Of a stretch of 34,238 nucleotides of DNA, positions 1-9,911 are shown in pieces. The position numbers were made by a program, and so were the translations under genes. A model generated the notes under the pieces. The model saw only the letters and a list, made by a program, of their open reading frames with translations, did not search any database and had not been told where the DNA came from. Every line of letters starts with the position of its first letter. Position 1 is the first letter of the stretch. This DNA is from a bacterium (GTDB lineage: Bacteria; T1Sed10-126; CAZEBV01), in assembly GCA_042219765.1 (NCBI GenBank), contig JBDGPI010000089.1:25119-59356 (forward strand). Direction: 5' to 3'.

Positions 1-21
1 ATAACTCGGCTTTGAGAGGGC

Positions 22-1326
22 TCAGGAGTCGGGTATGTCACACTCACCATGTTCCATGTGATACTCGAACTCCTCGCCCCAGTAGTCAAACATCTGTAGG
101 ACCGGCGTTGAAGCCGACGGCCCAAGGGGACAGAAACAATTTGCGTCGATGTTACTCGAAATACTTTTAATCTTCTCGTAGTCCTTCTCGGGGGCGATCC
201 CCTTCTCGATGTCGTCCAGCATATCCTCAAGCCAGGGGACTCCCTCACGGCAGGGGGTACACCAACCACATGATTCGTGCGCGTAGAAGTGGGCCAGCCG
301 GGTTGCCATCTGAGGCATGCAGACGGTCTCGTCAAACACAATGACACCGCCGGAACCCAGCCTGGAACCAACTTCCTGTATTGACTCGGAATCCATCTTA
401 ACGTCGATCTGGTCGCCCCGGATCGGGGGAGTCGACGAACCACCGGGGATAACGGCTTTGGTTTCCCGTCCCCGTTCAATGCCGCCACAGTAGTCCTCTA
501 TGAGGTCCTCCAGTGGTGTTCCAAGCGGAGCTTCGTAAACGCCGGGTCGCTTGACGCTACCGCATATCGAAAACAGACGGAACCCGGGGTCGTCTTCGGT
601 TCCCCACTGTCGGTACCAGTCGGCGCCGTTTTCCACTAACAGGGGGACATTACTTAGGGTTTCAACATTGTTGACCACCGTGGGTTGTCCGAAGAGGCCC
701 TCGACGGCCGGAAACGGTGGTTTCTTGCGGGGAACTCCACGCTTCCCTTCCAGACTGTTCAGCAGGGCCGTTTCCTCACCGACGATGTACGCTCCGGCGC
801 CACGGTTCAGGTGGAGATTAAAGTCAAAATCCGAACCGAAAACGTTACTCCCGAGGTAACCGGCCTTTTCGGCTTCTTCAATTGCACCCTTGAGCCTTTC
901 GTAAGCGGATCGATACTCACCTCGAATGTAGATAAAGCCTACGGTAGCGTCGAGGGCGTAAGCACTGAGTAGCATTCCCTCGAGCAGGAGGTGAGGTTTC
1001 TGTTCAAGGATGACTCGATCCTTAAAGGTGCCAGGTTCACTTTCGTCGGCGTTACAAACAAGGTATTTTTGCTGGTCGTTGTCCGGGACAAAGCTCCACT
1101 TCATCCCCGTTGGAAACCCGGCACCGCCCCGGCCTTTCAGGCCGCTTTCCTTAACGATCTCTTCTATCTCGTGGGGGGCAAGGTCACCGTTGAGAACGCG
1201 GCGGGCCTGCTCGTAGCCGCCGTTGTCCTCGTAAACGTCAAGCGTGTAGCTTTCCTCCAGTCCTGTAGTCGATAGTAACTTAGGCTCGAAAGGCTGCTCC
1301 CGGGGATGTTCGAGGTCCATTACCAT
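22..1326 (-). CDS. nuoF: NADH-quinone oxidoreductase subunit F (FMN/NADH-binding)
   Basis: SGLKGRGGAGFPTGMKW, CNADESEPGTFKDR and GAGAYIVGEETALLNSLEG motifs; N3 cluster ligands ESCGWCTPCREG...CFCPLG; follows nuoE. Confidence 0.97.
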   Translation of the reverse strand: MVMDLEHPREQPFEPKLLSTTGLEESYTLDVYEDNGGYEQARRVLNGDLAPHEIEEIVKESGLKGRGGAGFPTGMKWSFVPDNDQQKYLVCNADESEPGTFKDRVILEQKPHLLLEGMLLSAYALDATVGFIYIRGEYRSAYERLKGAIEEAEKAGYLGSNVFGSDFDFNLHLNRGAGAYIVGEETALLNSLEGKRGVPRKKPPFPAVEGLFGQPTVVNNVETLSNVPLLVENGADWYRQWGTEDDPGFRLFSICGSVKRPGVYEAPLGTPLEDLIEDYCGGIERGRETKAVIPGGSSTPPIRGDQIDVKMDSESIQEVGSRLGSGGVIVFDETVCMPQMATRLAHFYAHESCGWCTPCREGVPWLEDMLDDIEKGIAPEKDYEKIKSISSNIDANCFCPLGPSASTPVLQMFDYWGEEFEYHMEHGECDIPDS

Positions 1327-1368
1327 GAACGATCCCCCCGGGCCGATCCGGTGTCAGTGTTATGCATA

Positions 1369-1869
1369 TCAGGACTCAACTCTCTGGGCCTCTTCAACAC
1401 GGTCCCGTAACTCATCGAGTAGCTCGTCCACGTCGTCGGTGGACAGGTTCTCGTGGTACGGACCATCGTTAACCTGACAGAGCGGGCCCGTGCCACAGGA
1501 TCCGAGGCACTCGACCGTCTCCAGGGTAAACAGTTCGTCGGGGGTGGTTTCCCCTTCTTCAATGTTTAACCGGGACTCAAGGTGATCGACAATTTCCCCG
1601 GCACCTTCAACCAGGCACGGAAGGTTATCACAGACCTGAATCTTAAACTTTCCGACGGGTTCCTGGTTGATCATCGTGTAAAAGGACGCAACGGACCAGA
1701 TCTCGGTTGCATCAATGTCCATAACCGAAGCCATCTGTTCGACGTCGTCCTTTTCGATGTAGTTCTGTTCTTCCTGAGCGATAAAGAGAGCGTGGATGAT
1801 TCCCGTTCTCGGATTCGGGAACTTCTCCTGTTCTTCCTTGATTCGCTCAAGCTGAGAATCCGTAAGCAT
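1369..1869 (-). CDS. nuoE: NADH-quinone oxidoreductase subunit E (2Fe-2S)
   Basis: VASFYTM; CDNLPC...ECLGSCGTGP 2Fe-2S ligands; lies between nuoD and nuoF. Confidence 0.96.
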   Translation of the reverse strand: MLTDSQLERIKEEQEKFPNPRTGIIHALFIAQEEQNYIEKDDVEQMASVMDIDATEIWSVASFYTMINQEPVGKFKIQVCDNLPCLVEGAGEIVDHLESRLNIEEGETTPDELFTLETVECLGSCGTGPLCQVNDGPYHENLSTDDVDELLDELRDRVEEAQRVES

Positions 1870-2002
1870 TATAGACGCTCCGAGTGTCGTACGTTTGAAA
1901 AAATCAGTGTAATAATAACCCTAAGAGCTTCAGAAAACCTTAAATGGGGGATATAACAGAGGTAGATGGTTACCCGGAACTTGGACTGGCGACGAATGAA
2001 CG

Positions 2003-3217
2003 CTACCGGTCGGTTTCACCCATCATAATGTCGAGGCTACCGATGTTGGCAATAACGTCCGCCAGTGTTTCCCCCTCGCACAATGTGGACAGGGACTGTA
2101 GATTCACGAAGCAGGGCGGCCGAATTCGTACCCGATGGGGTTTGTTCGTCCCATCGCTGACCACGTACCAGCCCTGCTCTCCTTTATTGGATTCAATTGT
2201 GTGATAAACCTCACCTTCGGGCACTTTGAACCCTTCGGTGACGAGTTTGAAATGATGGATTAACCCCTCCATGGTAGTTTTCATTTTGCTTCTGGAGGGC
2301 AACGATATTTTGCCCCGTTCGGCGTTAATCGGGCCGTCGTCGGGCATCTTCTCCCGGCACTGCCGGAGAATTGAAAGACTCTGCCGTAATTCTTCAATTC
2401 GACAGAGGTATCGGTCAAAGACATCACCGTTGTCTCCAACGGGAACCTTGAAGTCAACCTCGTCGAACTTCAGGTATGGGTCCGTCTTTCGTATATCCCA
2501 GTTGACACCACAGGCCCTGAGGGAGGGACCCGTCAGACCCAGATCGATGGCCGTTTCGGCGTCGATCTGCCCGACACCTTTGGTGCGGTCAAGAAAAATA
2601 GGATTGTTGTTAAGGAGCTGTTCGTATTCGTCGATTCGTTCGGGCATGACTTCAATGAACTCGTCGAGGGTCTCAAAAAATTCATCGGGAATGTCGGCCC
2701 GCATACCGCCAACCCTGAAGAAAGTCGTATTGATCCTCATACCACTGATGATTTCCATCATGTCGTACGTCATTTCACGATCTCGCATAGCGTACATGAA
2801 AACCGACATGGCCCCAAGTTCCATGACGCTCGTTCCAAGCCATATGAAGTGGGCTCCCATTCGGAGTATCTCACTGATCATGGTCCGGATCCACTGACCC
2901 CGCTCGGGAACCTCGATGTCCAGTAATTTTTCGACGGCCATGGCGAATCCGAGGTTATTCATGTCGGACTCAAGGTAGTCAACCCGATCCAGCCAGGGAA
3001 AGACCTGCTGGTACTGCTTGTTCTCGGCCATTTTTTCGATACCACGGTGCAGGTATCCGATTTTTGGTTCCATGTTCGTGACGATTTCTCCGTCCAATTC
3101 AACTTTTAACCGGAGAACACCGTGGGTCGAGGGATGCTGAGGACCCAGGTTCAGGGTCATCGTCCGTTTTCCGTTCTTTTCCTCCTCGGATTCGACTTCA
3201 GCGCGGGTGATGGCCAA
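2003..3217 (-). CDS. nuoD: NADH-quinone oxidoreductase subunit D
   Basis: LNLGPQHPSTHGVLRL, GYLHRGIEK, DRVDY and C-terminal GSLDIMMGETDR. Start moved from 3250 to the in-frame TTG at 3217 (preceded by GGGGTGAGG, overlaps the nuoC end); start uncertain. Confidence 0.95.
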   Translation of the reverse strand: MAITRAEVESEEEKNGKRTMTLNLGPQHPSTHGVLRLKVELDGEIVTNMEPKIGYLHRGIEKMAENKQYQQVFPWLDRVDYLESDMNNLGFAMAVEKLLDIEVPERGQWIRTMISEILRMGAHFIWLGTSVMELGAMSVFMYAMRDREMTYDMMEIISGMRINTTFFRVGGMRADIPDEFFETLDEFIEVMPERIDEYEQLLNNNPIFLDRTKGVGQIDAETAIDLGLTGPSLRACGVNWDIRKTDPYLKFDEVDFKVPVGDNGDVFDRYLCRIEELRQSLSILRQCREKMPDDGPINAERGKISLPSRSKMKTTMEGLIHHFKLVTEGFKVPEGEVYHTIESNKGEQGWYVVSDGTNKPHRVRIRPPCFVNLQSLSTLCEGETLADVIANIGSLDIMMGETDR

Positions 3218-3770
3218 AATCCTCACCCCAATCCTCGGCTTCCTGAGCAACCTCAGGGCGCCGTTCCTGATAATTTTTCCTCGGTTGAAGCGGATAATCC
3301 TTCCGCAGGGGGTGTGACCGGGTCGCTTTCGGCATCAAGATACGCTCCAGATTGGGATGTCCGTCAAATTCGATTCCAAACATGTCGTAACACTCCCGCT
3401 CCAGCCAGTTGGCGGTGGACCAGAGAGTCGTCAGACTGGGCACGGATTCATCTTCGTCAACCTGTAGTTTTAATCGAATCCTCATGTTGAGTTTAAACGA
3501 GTAAAGCTGGTAAACCACGTCAAAGCGTGGACCCTCTCGGTCGGGATAGTCGACGGCGGTCACGTCCGAAAGGTGAAGGAAGTAGTACGGTTCCGTTTCC
3601 TTGAGAGCTCGGGTTACCGGAAGAAGATCCGATGGATCAAGAATGATGCGTGTTTCATCACGGAATTCCGACGCTTCAAAGCGGCCGTCCTCACTGACCG
3701 TCTCCTCGATAAGTGCGAGAACATCCCGCACATCGACGGACTCCGGATCCACTGACGAATCCTCCGACAC
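3198..3770 (-). CDS. nuoC: NADH-quinone oxidoreductase subunit C
   Basis: DVTAVDYP, RFDVVYQL, ANWLERECYDMFGIEFDGHPNLERILMP...HPLRKDYPL. Confidence 0.96.
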   Translation of the reverse strand: MSEDSSVDPESVDVRDVLALIEETVSEDGRFEASEFRDETRIILDPSDLLPVTRALKETEPYYFLHLSDVTAVDYPDREGPRFDVVYQLYSFKLNMRIRLKLQVDEDESVPSLTTLWSTANWLERECYDMFGIEFDGHPNLERILMPKATRSHPLRKDYPLQPRKNYQERRPEVAQEAEDWGEDFGHHPR

Positions 3771-3772
3771 GG

Positions 3773-4390
3773 TTAAGCCGTCCCGGTCCAGGGCAGGAAA
3801 TTATTGATTTTTCGCTTGATACTGGGAAGTAGTGCACGGGTGGGTTGTTCCCGTTCAATTTTATTCTGGAGAACCCTCAGACCGTACAGAAGCCCCTCCG
3901 GTGTCGGGGGACAACCGGGCACATGGACGTCAACGGGAACGAACTCATCCACCCCTTGAACAACGGAGTAGGTATTGAACATTCCTCCGGAAACAGTGCA
4001 CGCTCCCATGGCAATAACCCATTTAGGTTCGACCATCTGTTCGTAACATTTCCGCACGATAGGCGCCATTTTGTTGACGACCGTCCCTGCCGTAATCATA
4101 ACGTCAGCCTGACGGGGACTGGCCCGGAACACTTCCGCCCCCATGCGAGCAACGTCGTATTTCGGGGCCGTCATGGCCATCATTTCGATAGCACAACAGG
4201 ACAGCCCGAGGGTCAAAGGCCACAGTGAATTCTTTCGACCCCAGTTGATAACTTTATCGGTTGTGGTGGTCACAATCCCAAGATCCTCGAGATCATCGGG
4301 ATCCTGAACGTCAACGGAATCGAGATCGATGTCCATCTGCATCTTCTGTTCCTGACGTTCTCGTTTCCGCTGTTCGTTTTCTACCTCCAT
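3773..4390 (-). CDS. nuoB: NADH-quinone oxidoreductase subunit B
   Basis: [43 protein letters not shown]; start overlaps the nuoA stop. Confidence 0.97.
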   Translation of the reverse strand: MEVENEQRKRERQEQKMQMDIDLDSVDVQDPDDLEDLGIVTTTTDKVINWGRKNSLWPLTLGLSCCAIEMMAMTAPKYDVARMGAEVFRASPRQADVMITAGTVVNKMAPIVRKCYEQMVEPKWVIAMGACTVSGGMFNTYSVVQGVDEFVPVDVHVPGCPPTPEGLLYGLRVLQNKIEREQPTRALLPSIKRKINNFLPWTGTA

Positions 4391-4755
4391 TCGAAAACAC
4401 CCTGCTTCCAGGCGTAGAAATAACCCACAGCAAGAAGCCCCACGAAAACTCCAATTGAACTGAACCCAACCATCAGGTACTCACCGTTCACGAGCGTCAT
4501 GATCCAGGGGTAGAGAAATATAATTTCAATATCGAAAAGGATGAAAAGAACGGCAACTAAACCATAATGAATTGACACATTCTGTTGAGCGGCACCAACT
4601 GGTTCGTTCCCCGACTCGTAGGGCGACAGTTTGGAAAACAGCGGATTGTCCTCTCCGAGCAACTTGGACAGTAGAACATTTAGCGTAATGAACACAGTCG
4701 CTATGCCCGTGAGGATAAACACCGGTAGCCACTCAATTAACAGTTCTCTGGTCAT
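4381..4755 (-). CDS. nuoA: NADH-quinone oxidoreductase subunit A
   Basis: Three TM segments; [19 protein letters not shown] and [10 protein letters not shown] motifs. Start taken at ATG 4755 (GGAG SD upstream) rather than 4827. Confidence 0.94.
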   Translation of the reverse strand: MTRELLIEWLPVFILTGIATVFITLNVLLSKLLGEDNPLFSKLSPYESGNEPVGAAQQNVSIHYGLVAVLFILFDIEIIFLYPWIMTLVNGEYLMVGFSSIGVFVGLLAVGYFYAWKQGVFEWR

Positions 4756-4768
4756 TGTCGGACTCCGC

Positions 4769-4786
4769 TTGTGAATTTTTTCACAA
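4769..4786. promoter_or_regulatory. Rex operator (NADH/NAD+ redox-sensing repressor site) upstream of nuoA
   Basis: Perfect palindrome TTGTGAA-TTTT-TTCACAA matching the Rex consensus TTGTGAA-N4-TTCACAA; lies between the predicted -10 and the nuoA SD. Confidence 0.85.
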
Positions 4787-4797
4787 AGTTTGATTTG

Positions 4798-4827
4798 ATC
4801 ATACCATAATCCAAAAGAGTGAGTCAA
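4798..4827 (-). promoter_or_regulatory. Putative sigma70 promoter of the nuo operon
   Basis: Minus strand TTGACT (4827-4822), 18 nt spacer, TATGAT (4803-4798) with a TGn extended -10. Confidence 0.6.
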
Positions 4828-5172
4828 CGAAATAGCTGCACGGACATCCTCCGGACGGGAGGATTGATCGGTCCCCCTCGTCGATCCACGATCGTATGCT
4901 CCGCCGACAGTCCTTGATACTGTCAGCTATCGACGGCCAATGAATCGCCCGTGCTGGTCCCGAGAACCAATAAATTGATCATGGATCCAGCTGAGTCAAC
5001 GCCATAATCAGCTGGAGTAACGTACAATAAACGAAATGTGCTTGCAGGAAACAAGACCTATATTATTGTACCGCGGTCCCGGGCCGGTTATAAGGTCCAC
5101 TTCCAGTCGTAGTGTTTGACTTCGACTGAAAACCGTTCCGCAATAATCCCCTGACGGAAAGGACGAATACTC

Positions 5173-6207
5173 CTGAACTCCCGAAACGCGTTTCAGGCAG
5201 CCATCGACGGTGATTCTCGAAATTCTCCGACCCCGGTATGGTTCATGCGTCAGGCCGGTCGACTTTTTGACGAGTACCGGGCCATCCGGGAGGACCATGA
5301 CTTCAAGGAGGTCTGCCGTTCGGCGGAATTGAATGCTCGAGTCACCTGTATGCCCGTGGAGCGACTGAACGTGGACGCCGCTATTATTTTTGCCGACATC
5401 CTCTTACCCCTGGAAGGAATGGGATCAGGGTTTGAACTGGTTCCGGGCAAAGGGCCCGTCATAGACAATCCGGTCCGAACCCCCGATGACGTCGATCAAC
5501 TCAAAACGGGTACTCCACGCCAGGACCTGAGTTACGTTTACAACGCCATTGAAGCATCCATTGATAAACTGCCGGACGACGTTCCCCTCATCGGCTTTGC
5601 GGGGGCTCCATTCACCCTTGCCTCCTACCTGATAGAAGGAGGCAAATCCCGTTCGCACCACCGGACGCGTACCTTCATGCTCGATTACCCGAAGGCCTGG
5701 GACCAACTCATGTCGAAAATTGTCGACGCCACGGTCGAATACCTCAGGGGCCAAATAGACGCAGGGGCCGAATACGTGCAGTTGTTCGACAGCTGGGTCG
5801 GGCAGCTTAGCCCTCCCGTCTACCAGCGGCACGTCTCCGACCACAGCCGGGAAATCATTGAATCCATAAGATCCGTACCGATCATTCACTTTGGCACCAA
5901 AACCGCCGGCCTGCTCGGTTCCATTTCCAACCTTTCGCCGGACGTTGTGGGGCTCGACTGGCGAATTGAATTAGAGGAAGCCCAACAACAGCTCACCGAT
6001 AGGCCTGCGGTTCAGGGAAACCTGGATCCCGCCCTGTTCCTCACCTCCTTCGACACCGTTAAGTCCCACGTGGATACCATCCTCGAACAGGCCGAAACTT
6101 ATTCAGGACACATTTTCAACCTGGGTCACGGGATTTTACCCGACACCGAACCTGAGATCGTCCGACGAACCGTGGATTACGTTCACGAACGAACAGTGAA
6201 CGGCTGA
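5173..6207 (+). CDS. hemE: Uroporphyrinogen decarboxylase
   Basis: PVWFMRQAGR, DAAIIFADIL, LIGFAGAPFTLASYLIEGG, QLFDSW, HIFNLGHGI. Conserved N-terminal residues extend upstream of ATG 5245; proposed start is CTG 5173 with an AAGGA SD. Confidence 0.95.
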   Translation: MNSRNAFQAAIDGDSRNSPTPVWFMRQAGRLFDEYRAIREDHDFKEVCRSAELNARVTCMPVERLNVDAAIIFADILLPLEGMGSGFELVPGKGPVIDNPVRTPDDVDQLKTGTPRQDLSYVYNAIEASIDKLPDDVPLIGFAGAPFTLASYLIEGGKSRSHHRTRTFMLDYPKAWDQLMSKIVDATVEYLRGQIDAGAEYVQLFDSWVGQLSPPVYQRHVSDHSREIIESIRSVPIIHFGTKTAGLLGSISNLSPDVVGLDWRIELEEAQQQLTDRPAVQGNLDPALFLTSFDTVKSHVDTILEQAETYSGHIFNLGHGILPDTEPEIVRRTVDYVHERTVNG

Positions 6208-6359
6208 ACGCCACCGCTACCGCTCAAGACAACCTGGACCAGTCTCATCGCAATGGAACCATCGTCGTGTATAATTAGCTGCTCTTAGAATCAGTACAAT
6301 CACGTATCACCGACGCGAAAAAGACCTCTAAATCCTCTCTGGCAGGAACCCGGATAGCC

Positions 6360-7250
6360 ATGATATACATAACCACTCGTTACGGCCTGTACTGTTATTC
6401 CGAATCCCAGGACGAGCCCCGGCAACTGCTGGACAACAATGATTTAAGCACGACGTTCTCCCGCCAAAGCCGTGGTATTTTCGGTATATCCTGGCACGAC
6501 CCCAGCGACCGGTTGCTTTTTGCCTCCCAGGAACACCGTAAATTCCCCTGGTTCGGGCGCTGGAGCCGGAAACGTCGATTGCACTTTTACGATCCCACCT
6601 CCGACGCTTATAGCTTCGCCGCAACCGTCAACAACCTCTACGACGTGCATCAGATTACGTCCCACGACCAGGAAGTGTTTATTGCGGACGCCGTGGAAAA
6701 CCGGGTGGTTCGCTACGACCTGGATTCGAACAAACAGCAGGGCGAGCTTCACGTCGGTCCGGTTCGGCAGGACCTCCATCACGTGAACACAGTCCTGATA
6801 CACGACGGTCACTTCTGGATTGGACTTAACCAGAGTCCCGAGGGCCACAGCAAGATCATTAAGCTACCCCTCCAGGAGATCCTTGATAAAAAAGGAGAAA
6901 CCTACGACGTCCTCGAACACGGCGAAATTATCAACATACACGGAATCTCGGACACGCACGACCTGGTCCCCTTCAGGGACACGTTCCTGATTAGTGCCTC
7001 ACACGATAGTTACGTTTTTGACCTTAAAAATCAGGACAAACTACTCGAGGGAGCGGAATGGACCCGGGGCATAACACTTGAACGGGACAACATCTGGGTA
7101 GGATCAAGCGAACTGGCCAAACGGGAGGAACGACACCGTCGCAGTAACGGAAACATTTACTGCTTTTCGAGTGACTCCTTTGAATTAAAAGAAAAGCAGG
7201 TGCTACCGGGGTCCGGGCAGGTCTACGACATGATTACTGTAGAGGAATGA
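6360..7250 (+). CDS. Hypothetical beta-propeller-like protein with His-rich motifs
   Basis: 296 aa non-overlapping ORF; repeated short beta-strand blades; motifs DVHQI, DLHHVNTV, DTHDL, WTRGI, IWVGSS. Confidence 0.7.
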   Translation: MIYITTRYGLYCYSESQDEPRQLLDNNDLSTTFSRQSRGIFGISWHDPSDRLLFASQEHRKFPWFGRWSRKRRLHFYDPTSDAYSFAATVNNLYDVHQITSHDQEVFIADAVENRVVRYDLDSNKQQGELHVGPVRQDLHHVNTVLIHDGHFWIGLNQSPEGHSKIIKLPLQEILDKKGETYDVLEHGEIINIHGISDTHDLVPFRDTFLISASHDSYVFDLKNQDKLLEGAEWTRGITLERDNIWVGSSELAKREERHRRSNGNIYCFSSDSFELKEKQVLPGSGQVYDMITVEE

Positions 7251-7276
7251 TCAACGGTCGGGCCACGGTTGCTACG

Positions 7277-8338
7277 TCAGGACGGATCGGCGGGAGCGGC
7301 AAAATCCTCAATTTTCTGACCGTCAAGAATACCACTGGCCGAAAGCATTCGCAGGCCGATTGTTACCAGTGCTCCCGACCAGAAGACGTGAGCACTCCCC
7401 ACCAGGAATCCCAATCCCACGGAAAGTATAAGAGGTACCAACCAGAAATTTTTGAAGGTAGACGTATAAAAGTACGGAAAACGGTTCCGGAAAACAGGTA
7501 GGTAGTTCGTGATCAACACTGCAAGTAATCCGATACCACTTCCAAGCGAAAGTAACCGGCTGTACTCTCCCGATACTGGGGTAATTGACCAGAACGGAAT
7601 TGCGGATAACCCAGCCAGCAGGAAGAGACCACCACTGACGCCCCAGATTGGAGCTACCCCTCCACCGGATTCAAACTCCACATCCCGCAAAAACACCCAG
7701 CTGGCGATGAATCCAATGATAGTGGCCCGGCTGAAGAGTGATATGTTCAGGAAGGGGTTACCAAGCATGTAGAAATCAAGGAAAACTCCCAGCACAAAAA
7801 GATGGGAAAGCGTTCGCTTGAGTTCATTGTTCCACAAATAATCCGACCAGGTGAAAGTTTCATCGTGACCCCGGGGCTCCGTCGGGATGAGACGGACTCC
7901 CCATCGTGGGATCTTTTCCATGAATTGACGGTACTCGTCACCAAAGGCGTCCTCGAGAAACGATTCCTCCTCCAGCGCACAATTCCGATAGTAGCCAAAC
8001 ATACAGGGGAAATAGAGCAAATACCAGAACGGCAGTCCGGCCGTCAGAAAGAAACCAAGATCCATTAACATGTGGGAAAAATAATACGGGTGCCGGAAGT
8101 GCCGGTAGGGTCCTCTCAGGGTTAATTTCGTTTCTCGATCCGGCCGCCCGGCTCTCGCAAGGTACCCGGCGGCCCATCCGTGAATGAAGATCGCAGCCAG
8201 GACAACGGCCCCACCAAGGACAAGACTGAACCGGGAGGGACTTCCAAAAAGAAAGAGGAAAAGGTAGCCAATCCGCCGTACGTTGGTTTTTCCCTTGTTA
8301 AATGTCACGGTAGTTTCCGTTTCATTGTCTTGATTCAT
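7277..8338 (-). CDS. Isoprenylcysteine carboxyl methyltransferase / PEMT-family membrane methyltransferase with extra C-terminal TM region
   Basis: LTLRGPYRHFRHPYY and EEESFLEDAFGDEYRQFMEKIPRW family motifs; many TM helices. Confidence 0.78.
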   Translation of the reverse strand: MNQDNETETTVTFNKGKTNVRRIGYLFLFLFGSPSRFSLVLGGAVVLAAIFIHGWAAGYLARAGRPDRETKLTLRGPYRHFRHPYYFSHMLMDLGFFLTAGLPFWYLLYFPCMFGYYRNCALEEESFLEDAFGDEYRQFMEKIPRWGVRLIPTEPRGHDETFTWSDYLWNNELKRTLSHLFVLGVFLDFYMLGNPFLNISLFSRATIIGFIASWVFLRDVEFESGGGVAPIWGVSGGLFLLAGLSAIPFWSITPVSGEYSRLLSLGSGIGLLAVLITNYLPVFRNRFPYFYTSTFKNFWLVPLILSVGLGFLVGSAHVFWSGALVTIGLRMLSASGILDGQKIEDFAAPADPS

Positions 8339-8494
8339 CGGTAACTATCTCCAGTCTCCGTAGAAGTCATTATGCATCATTTCGCCGCGGTGGTTGTTGG
8401 GTGTTATTTAAAATTACGGACTTAATTGGAGCTAAAAAACTCTTTTTAAATGGTAAAAAAACCCCAGGTCATGTTCTTTTCAAAACACCTTAAA

Positions 8495-9373
8495 TCAGGA
8501 CCCATTTAAGCTGGAAAGGGGCACCGAACCTTTCCAGCGTTTGTGAAACCAGAAATACTGAGTGGGAAACTTGAGGATTTCACGCTCGAGCCATCGGTAG
8601 TATTCCTTGAGTAAATCCAATTCATCCCACTGATCCTTCGGTTTGAGCGACGTTTGAAGCGGCTCGTAAAGTTTGAATTGAATTAATCCACCCTCCCGAT
8701 GCGATGACATCGGAACAACCGGGGAATTGGTCTTCCGGGCCAGGTACGGAATAATTCTCGGAGTTCGTACGGCCCGCCCGAAGAAAGGGACGTAAACGTA
8801 ATTTTCACCGACCCGTTGATCTCCCATGACTCCGATGAAACCCCCGTCATTGAGGGTTTGCATCAGCTTCTTGACGCCGGAGAGGCCGGTTACAGTTTCA
8901 AGTCCATACTTTTCACGGTGCCGCTTGATCATATCGTTTGCGTGGGGATTGGTCTGTCGATCGGCGTAGGCACGAAAGCTATCGTACCGTTGCGCTACCA
9001 TGACGGCCGCCAGCTCCCAGTACCCGAAGTGACCGGAAACGACCACGGCTCCATTACCCTCGAACTGTTCCAGGTTCTCCCAGCCGACCTCTTCGACGGA
9101 TCTTTCCGATAATACCTCATCAATTTTAATCCAGTCTACTCCCGCCCGGGTGAAAAACCGGTAACTCCGACTGACGTAATCCTCGAGGTCCTCATCGGAG
9201 CACTCAGGAAGAGCCCTGCGGATATTCTCCTCAACGACGTCCTTTCGGACTTTCAAAACGCGATGTAAGAGCCAGGCAAGCCCGTCGGCGAACTTTCTGG
9301 CAAACGTCAGGGGTAAAATCCGAATAAACCAGATGATGGCGCTTACTATATAGTACCGTACTCTATCAGTCAC
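8495..9373 (-). CDS. lpxL: Lipid A biosynthesis late acyltransferase (LpxL/HtrB family)
   Basis: SGHFGYWE (HX4E), MGDQ, VPFFG and C-terminal PTQYFWFHKRWK; located in the LPS cluster. Confidence 0.82.
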   Translation of the reverse strand: MTDRVRYYIVSAIIWFIRILPLTFARKFADGLAWLLHRVLKVRKDVVEENIRRALPECSDEDLEDYVSRSYRFFTRAGVDWIKIDEVLSERSVEEVGWENLEQFEGNGAVVVSGHFGYWELAAVMVAQRYDSFRAYADRQTNPHANDMIKRHREKYGLETVTGLSGVKKLMQTLNDGGFIGVMGDQRVGENYVYVPFFGRAVRTPRIIPYLARKTNSPVVPMSSHREGGLIQFKLYEPLQTSLKPKDQWDELDLLKEYYRWLEREILKFPTQYFWFHKRWKGSVPLSSLNGS

Positions 9374-9546
9374 TAACTAAACCGTCCCTGTGATGATCCA
9401 GCGGGAGTTCCGGAGGTTCTAATCTTCAGCCGCTTTATTAAGGATTTCGACGGGATCTAAAGTAGTGTGGTTGGGTTATTAAGCTCATCGTTTGTCGGTG
9501 AAATTAGCGTTTGGATGCTGGTAGACGACAATTCGGAGGCCCGAAT

Positions 9547-9885
9547 TCAACCACTGCCCGACGTTTTGTAAGTAAGTAACGACGTTGAGTCTTCCAGCAG
9601 AATTAAATTGCGGACGTAAATAAAACATCCAGTGCTCTGGCCAAGCATGAAAACCGGATCAGTCTGATAGGTGGCGTAAACAAAAAGAATCAGCGATCCA
9701 CTGATAGAAAGATACCAAAATTCCAGAGGAATGACACTTCTGCCTTCGTATTCACTTACGACCCACTGGACTAAGAATCGGCAACCGAAGAGGATTTGCC
9801 CAAAAAAGCCGACCCCCAACCAGCTGAGTTCCCAGGTCGTTTTCGATTGATACCAGACCAAAAGACTCTCAATTAAGGACTCCAC
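9547..9885 (-). CDS. Lipid A biosynthesis N-terminal-domain (LAB_N) membrane protein
   Basis: GFFGQILFGCRFLVQWVVSE..SVIPLEFWYLSISGS..YA...DPVFMLGQ..G..IYVRNL signature; directly downstream of a GT2. Confidence 0.85.
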   Translation of the reverse strand: MESLIESLLVWYQSKTTWELSWLGVGFFGQILFGCRFLVQWVVSEYEGRSVIPLEFWYLSISGSLILFVYATYQTDPVFMLGQSTGCFIYVRNLILLEDSTSLLTYKTSGSG

Positions 9886-9911
9886 CCAAACTCACCTTCA
9901 GTACGTAAAAT

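Noticed and set aside
551-4458. Long plus-strand ORFs over the nuo genes (e.g. 2271..2897)
   Set aside because: Antisense shadows of conserved genes caused by codon bias.
4847-5016. Hairpins ATCCTCC..GGAGGAT and TCCAGCTGA..TCAGCTGGA in the nuoA-hemE gap as a riboswitch or ncRNA
   Set aside because: No recognisable aptamer consensus or terminator; isolated stems alone are not enough.
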